Below are positions 62,501 to 64,000 of a DNA stretch of 64,000 nt, piece after piece; position 1 is the first letter of the stretch; every line of letters starts with the position of its first letter. The notes under the pieces are model-generated. The model did not search any database. It was not told the origin of the DNA and saw nothing but the letters and a program-made list of their open reading frames with translations. The stretch covers positions 384,001 to 448,000 of the forward strand of contig CBDDEL010000017.1 of NCBI GenBank assembly GCA_965226885.1, read 5' to 3'. The position numbers were made by a program, and so were the translations under genes. The stretch is from Opitutales bacterium. Lineage in GTDB: Bacteria > Verrucomicrobiota > Verrucomicrobiia > Opitutales > UBA2987.

Positions 62501-62920
62501 GCCTGCGGGGCGAGCCGTGGGCGGAACCTGCATCTATATGATCTTACCGTAGATTCCGATGAACGAATCCCCCACCACTTGTTGGAAAAGAAATTGGGCG
62601 GCGCGGTCACGGGAGTCGGTCTGTTTCCCGATGAAGAGATGGTAGTGGCCGGTACTTCCCAAGGATTCATTACGGCTTTCAATTTCGATGGAGGCACCCG
62701 ATGGATTAAGTTGCTGGACAATGGGGTGACGCTCTTGACGGTTCTGGGGGAACATATCGTCGCCTTTGAAAATGATGGCCGCTATTGGGTGTTTTCCAAA
62801 AAGGGAGAGAGTCTGTCTGGCGGAAAAACAGGTTCACCCGTGGGGCCCTGGCTCGTCGATAATGATTCAGGCGCAATCATGCTGGCTTCGGACGGGAGGC
62901 TTTTGCGCCTGTCTACCTGA
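59528..62920 (+). CDS. Large multidomain protein: helical + heparinase II/III-like region + C-terminal beta-propeller
   Basis: QNH, LSFRTGWD, HFSHSYAD and ENHS motifs; C-terminal W-containing propeller repeats and DVDGDGLPEIVVG. Confidence 0.6.
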   Translation: MEFPQLQPRALNRETVLSGASKIVVAAPSEESGIAEARKLADALRSVVDNVELLIDPDAKTITAASGPVFLIGNLANSLCVKQLYWLFLCLSDRWYPGPGGYEVRTLLDPLGTGHNIIHAGYSDDAGLASAMSILLAKIGSPLPFLSEVQATRFPLPPNEVERIHKEPMPLIDSDMAKSETAVGKLYLGYLSGDRELLRESAKFWEALARYGVPPGDHKIKDMHLRTPCIVSLYRLLEQAGMVEERLRLPALQLIWELAQSDQGICLLEGPTYQNEGYPRQNHGLNPAFGYIMAADYFNRHHPELKEPHRWKEIADGVFSPYNDGSWKPMCDGITHGWWLSQPVMLDYALFEPEHRYLESGGARRAADCVLAVTTNEGWLPSSGDSNILRAFAGPSLRVAAAWYGDGRYLFAHELAPLYRRHHLQAFLVRTFCTDVEPVRPDDCTGLTIVPMDPLVYNVWETNPKLIKEQGRSDKPPHAPIEKCFDKLSFRTGWDPDDEFLLIDGLGHFSHSYADAMELILYARYGLSFIVSEHGIQYPEPENHSMVTITRDGEMGDIPGWAEILKAEYDAEGNGYVSLRLEDFAGADWVREVHFRPGVGVVINDTITATKPGQYSIKTHLRVPGHASLEDNTLVSHRQSPTAGAVEFRLSGLSSEGTAFRVDEQDLSLWHRTRPGLSEIPPESCSVTAWRRRYHIEETCLSIFSGRIALALEPGESVSFTQFAQALGKNDAQYEIVPEEGAVTLSGNGQSWKLPLSGRGERKKSSDSAPAGGGVHLETTEVVSFDAAINSMAPAVEGRLVCGLQNGVVALLDGSGRIDWEKQVEAPVHDVAALAVEGQQMYFVGHGKTGLTALNERGETVWARQIERDPTSCAWWELNYASAIQVKAFNAGGSAMIAVGCGDLQVRGFNTEGENLWGFLYENGVPARIRTHDVDGDGLPEIVVGGEIISNQATCRILTHEGRLKYELPIEGWTSKLTSVAYAKVKGRSLLACGASRGRNLHLYDLTVDSDERIPHHLLEKKLGGAVTGVGLFPDEEMVVAGTSQGFITAFNFDGGTRWIKLLDNGVTLLTVLGEHIVAFENDGRYWVFSKKGESLSGGKTGSPVGPWLVDNDSGAIMLASDGRLLRLST

Positions 62921-62948
62921 GGGAGACAAAAAGAGGAGACGATGTTGT

Positions 62949-63791
62949 ATGGTTGATATAAAGGAAAAGAAACTATCGGTAGTCCTCGTCGGCAGCGGCG
63001 CGGTGCGGGTGAATCCACGGAGGGGTGGAACTTGTCAGGTGGTAAGGGTCGGGGGGCGTAATTTGCTCTTCGATTGCGGGCGTTTGGCGGTCCATAACAT
63101 GACGCAGTTCGGATTTCCGGTCGAGTCGATCGACGAGGTTTACATCAGCCACCTGCATTTCGATCACGTTTGCGATCTGGCGCAGTTGATACTGCTTTCC
63201 TGGAACAACGGAAGGAGTCATAAAATGCCCGTCTATGGGCCGCAGGGAATCGCGGATTTTATGGAAGAAGGCATCCGCAAAGCCTATGCGCATGATATTG
63301 CCAGTCGTCTTTCCCATGGAAAACTAACCCACGGATTCGAGTGGGATGCGACCGAGATTTCCCGTGATGGCTTGTTAAGAGAGAACCTGAACCCCCAATT
63401 CGCCATCAGCACCCTTTCCACTGAGCATGGAGGCTTGAACAATATCAATTATCGCCTCGATGCGGGAAACAAGCGAATCGTCATCACGAGCGACACGGAA
63501 CCGGACGAGCGGCTGATCGAATTCAGCCGTGGGGCAGATCTTTTGATTGTGGAATGTTCCGGCACTCAGGAGTTCCTCCAGACCCAAGGTTGGGGAGGCT
63601 GGCACATGAACCCGGAAGAGGTCGGCCGTCTGGCCCGCAAGGCAGACGTCAAGCAGGTCGTAATCAAGCACCTGGTGATCGAGAATTTTTCCGACGATCC
63701 TCAGGTCTCAGAAAAAATGGCGGAAAAAATCAGACACCTTTGTCCCAGCGAAGTCCTGGTCGGCGAAGACGGGATGCGATTCGATTATTAG
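62949..63791 (+). CDS. MBL-fold metallo-hydrolase (RNase Z/arylsulfatase-like)
   Basis: LFDCG, SHLHFDH, SDT, ADLLIVEC and KHL motifs. Confidence 0.88.
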   Translation: MVDIKEKKLSVVLVGSGAVRVNPRRGGTCQVVRVGGRNLLFDCGRLAVHNMTQFGFPVESIDEVYISHLHFDHVCDLAQLILLSWNNGRSHKMPVYGPQGIADFMEEGIRKAYAHDIASRLSHGKLTHGFEWDATEISRDGLLRENLNPQFAISTLSTEHGGLNNINYRLDAGNKRIVITSDTEPDERLIEFSRGADLLIVECSGTQEFLQTQGWGGWHMNPEEVGRLARKADVKQVVIKHLVIENFSDDPQVSEKMAEKIRHLCPSEVLVGEDGMRFDY

Positions 63792-63843
63792 AACCTATCG
63801 TAAGTTAAAACGTCCGGTCTTTCCGCTTGGTAAGGAACCATGA

Positions 63844-63999
63844 TCAGCCGGAAAAATCCTTGAGATCGCGAAGCATAACCTGAGCCGCGTTGTATCCGGG
63901 CAATCCCGTAACATTTCCGCCAGGATAGGAAGAGGAACCGCATAGGTAAAGCGAATCGAAGCAGGTTCTGTAATGCCCGGCACCGGGGAATGGGCGGTT
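63844..63999 (-). CDS. C-terminus of a second phytoene desaturase-family oxidoreductase (truncated by window end)
   Basis: Manual translation NRPFPGAGHYRTCFDSLYLCGSSSYPGGNVTGLPGYNAAQVMLRDLKDFSG*; paralogous to the end of 32414-33955. Confidence 0.8.
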   Translation of the reverse strand, partial: NRPFPGAGHYRTCFDSLYLCGSSSYPGGNVTGLPGYNAAQVMLRDLKDFSG

Positions 64000-64000
64000 A

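Overview
Bacterial 64-kb catabolic island. The TonB-dependent receptor style and gene content suggest Verrucomicrobiota/Opitutae, but this is inference. It holds about 40 genes: 4 Cys-type sulfatases, a sugar ABC transporter, a TonB receptor, 2 M81/MlrC and 1 M55 metallo-amidases, PLP enzymes, TIM-barrel epimerases, ComA, an HPS/KGPDC-like enzyme, a UxaB-like reductase and a heparinase-like protein. The most striking structure is a 16-bp palindrome, GTAACY-N4-RGTTAC, found 11 times (9 perfect) and always at gene 5' ends. It occurs in all nine non-IS divergent promoter regions, including the one in front of the only regulator, a NicS/RutR-like TetR. This points to one repressor controlling the whole island. 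Six IS elements are superimposed (3 IS1380, one of them nested; 2 ISDol1-like ISNCY; 1 IS630). Four catabolic genes are inactivated, an isolated integron attC-like site lies between two cassette-like genes, and several short tandem duplications occur. No rRNA, tRNA or CRISPR array was seen. All functional calls come from motifs recognised by eye, with no database search.
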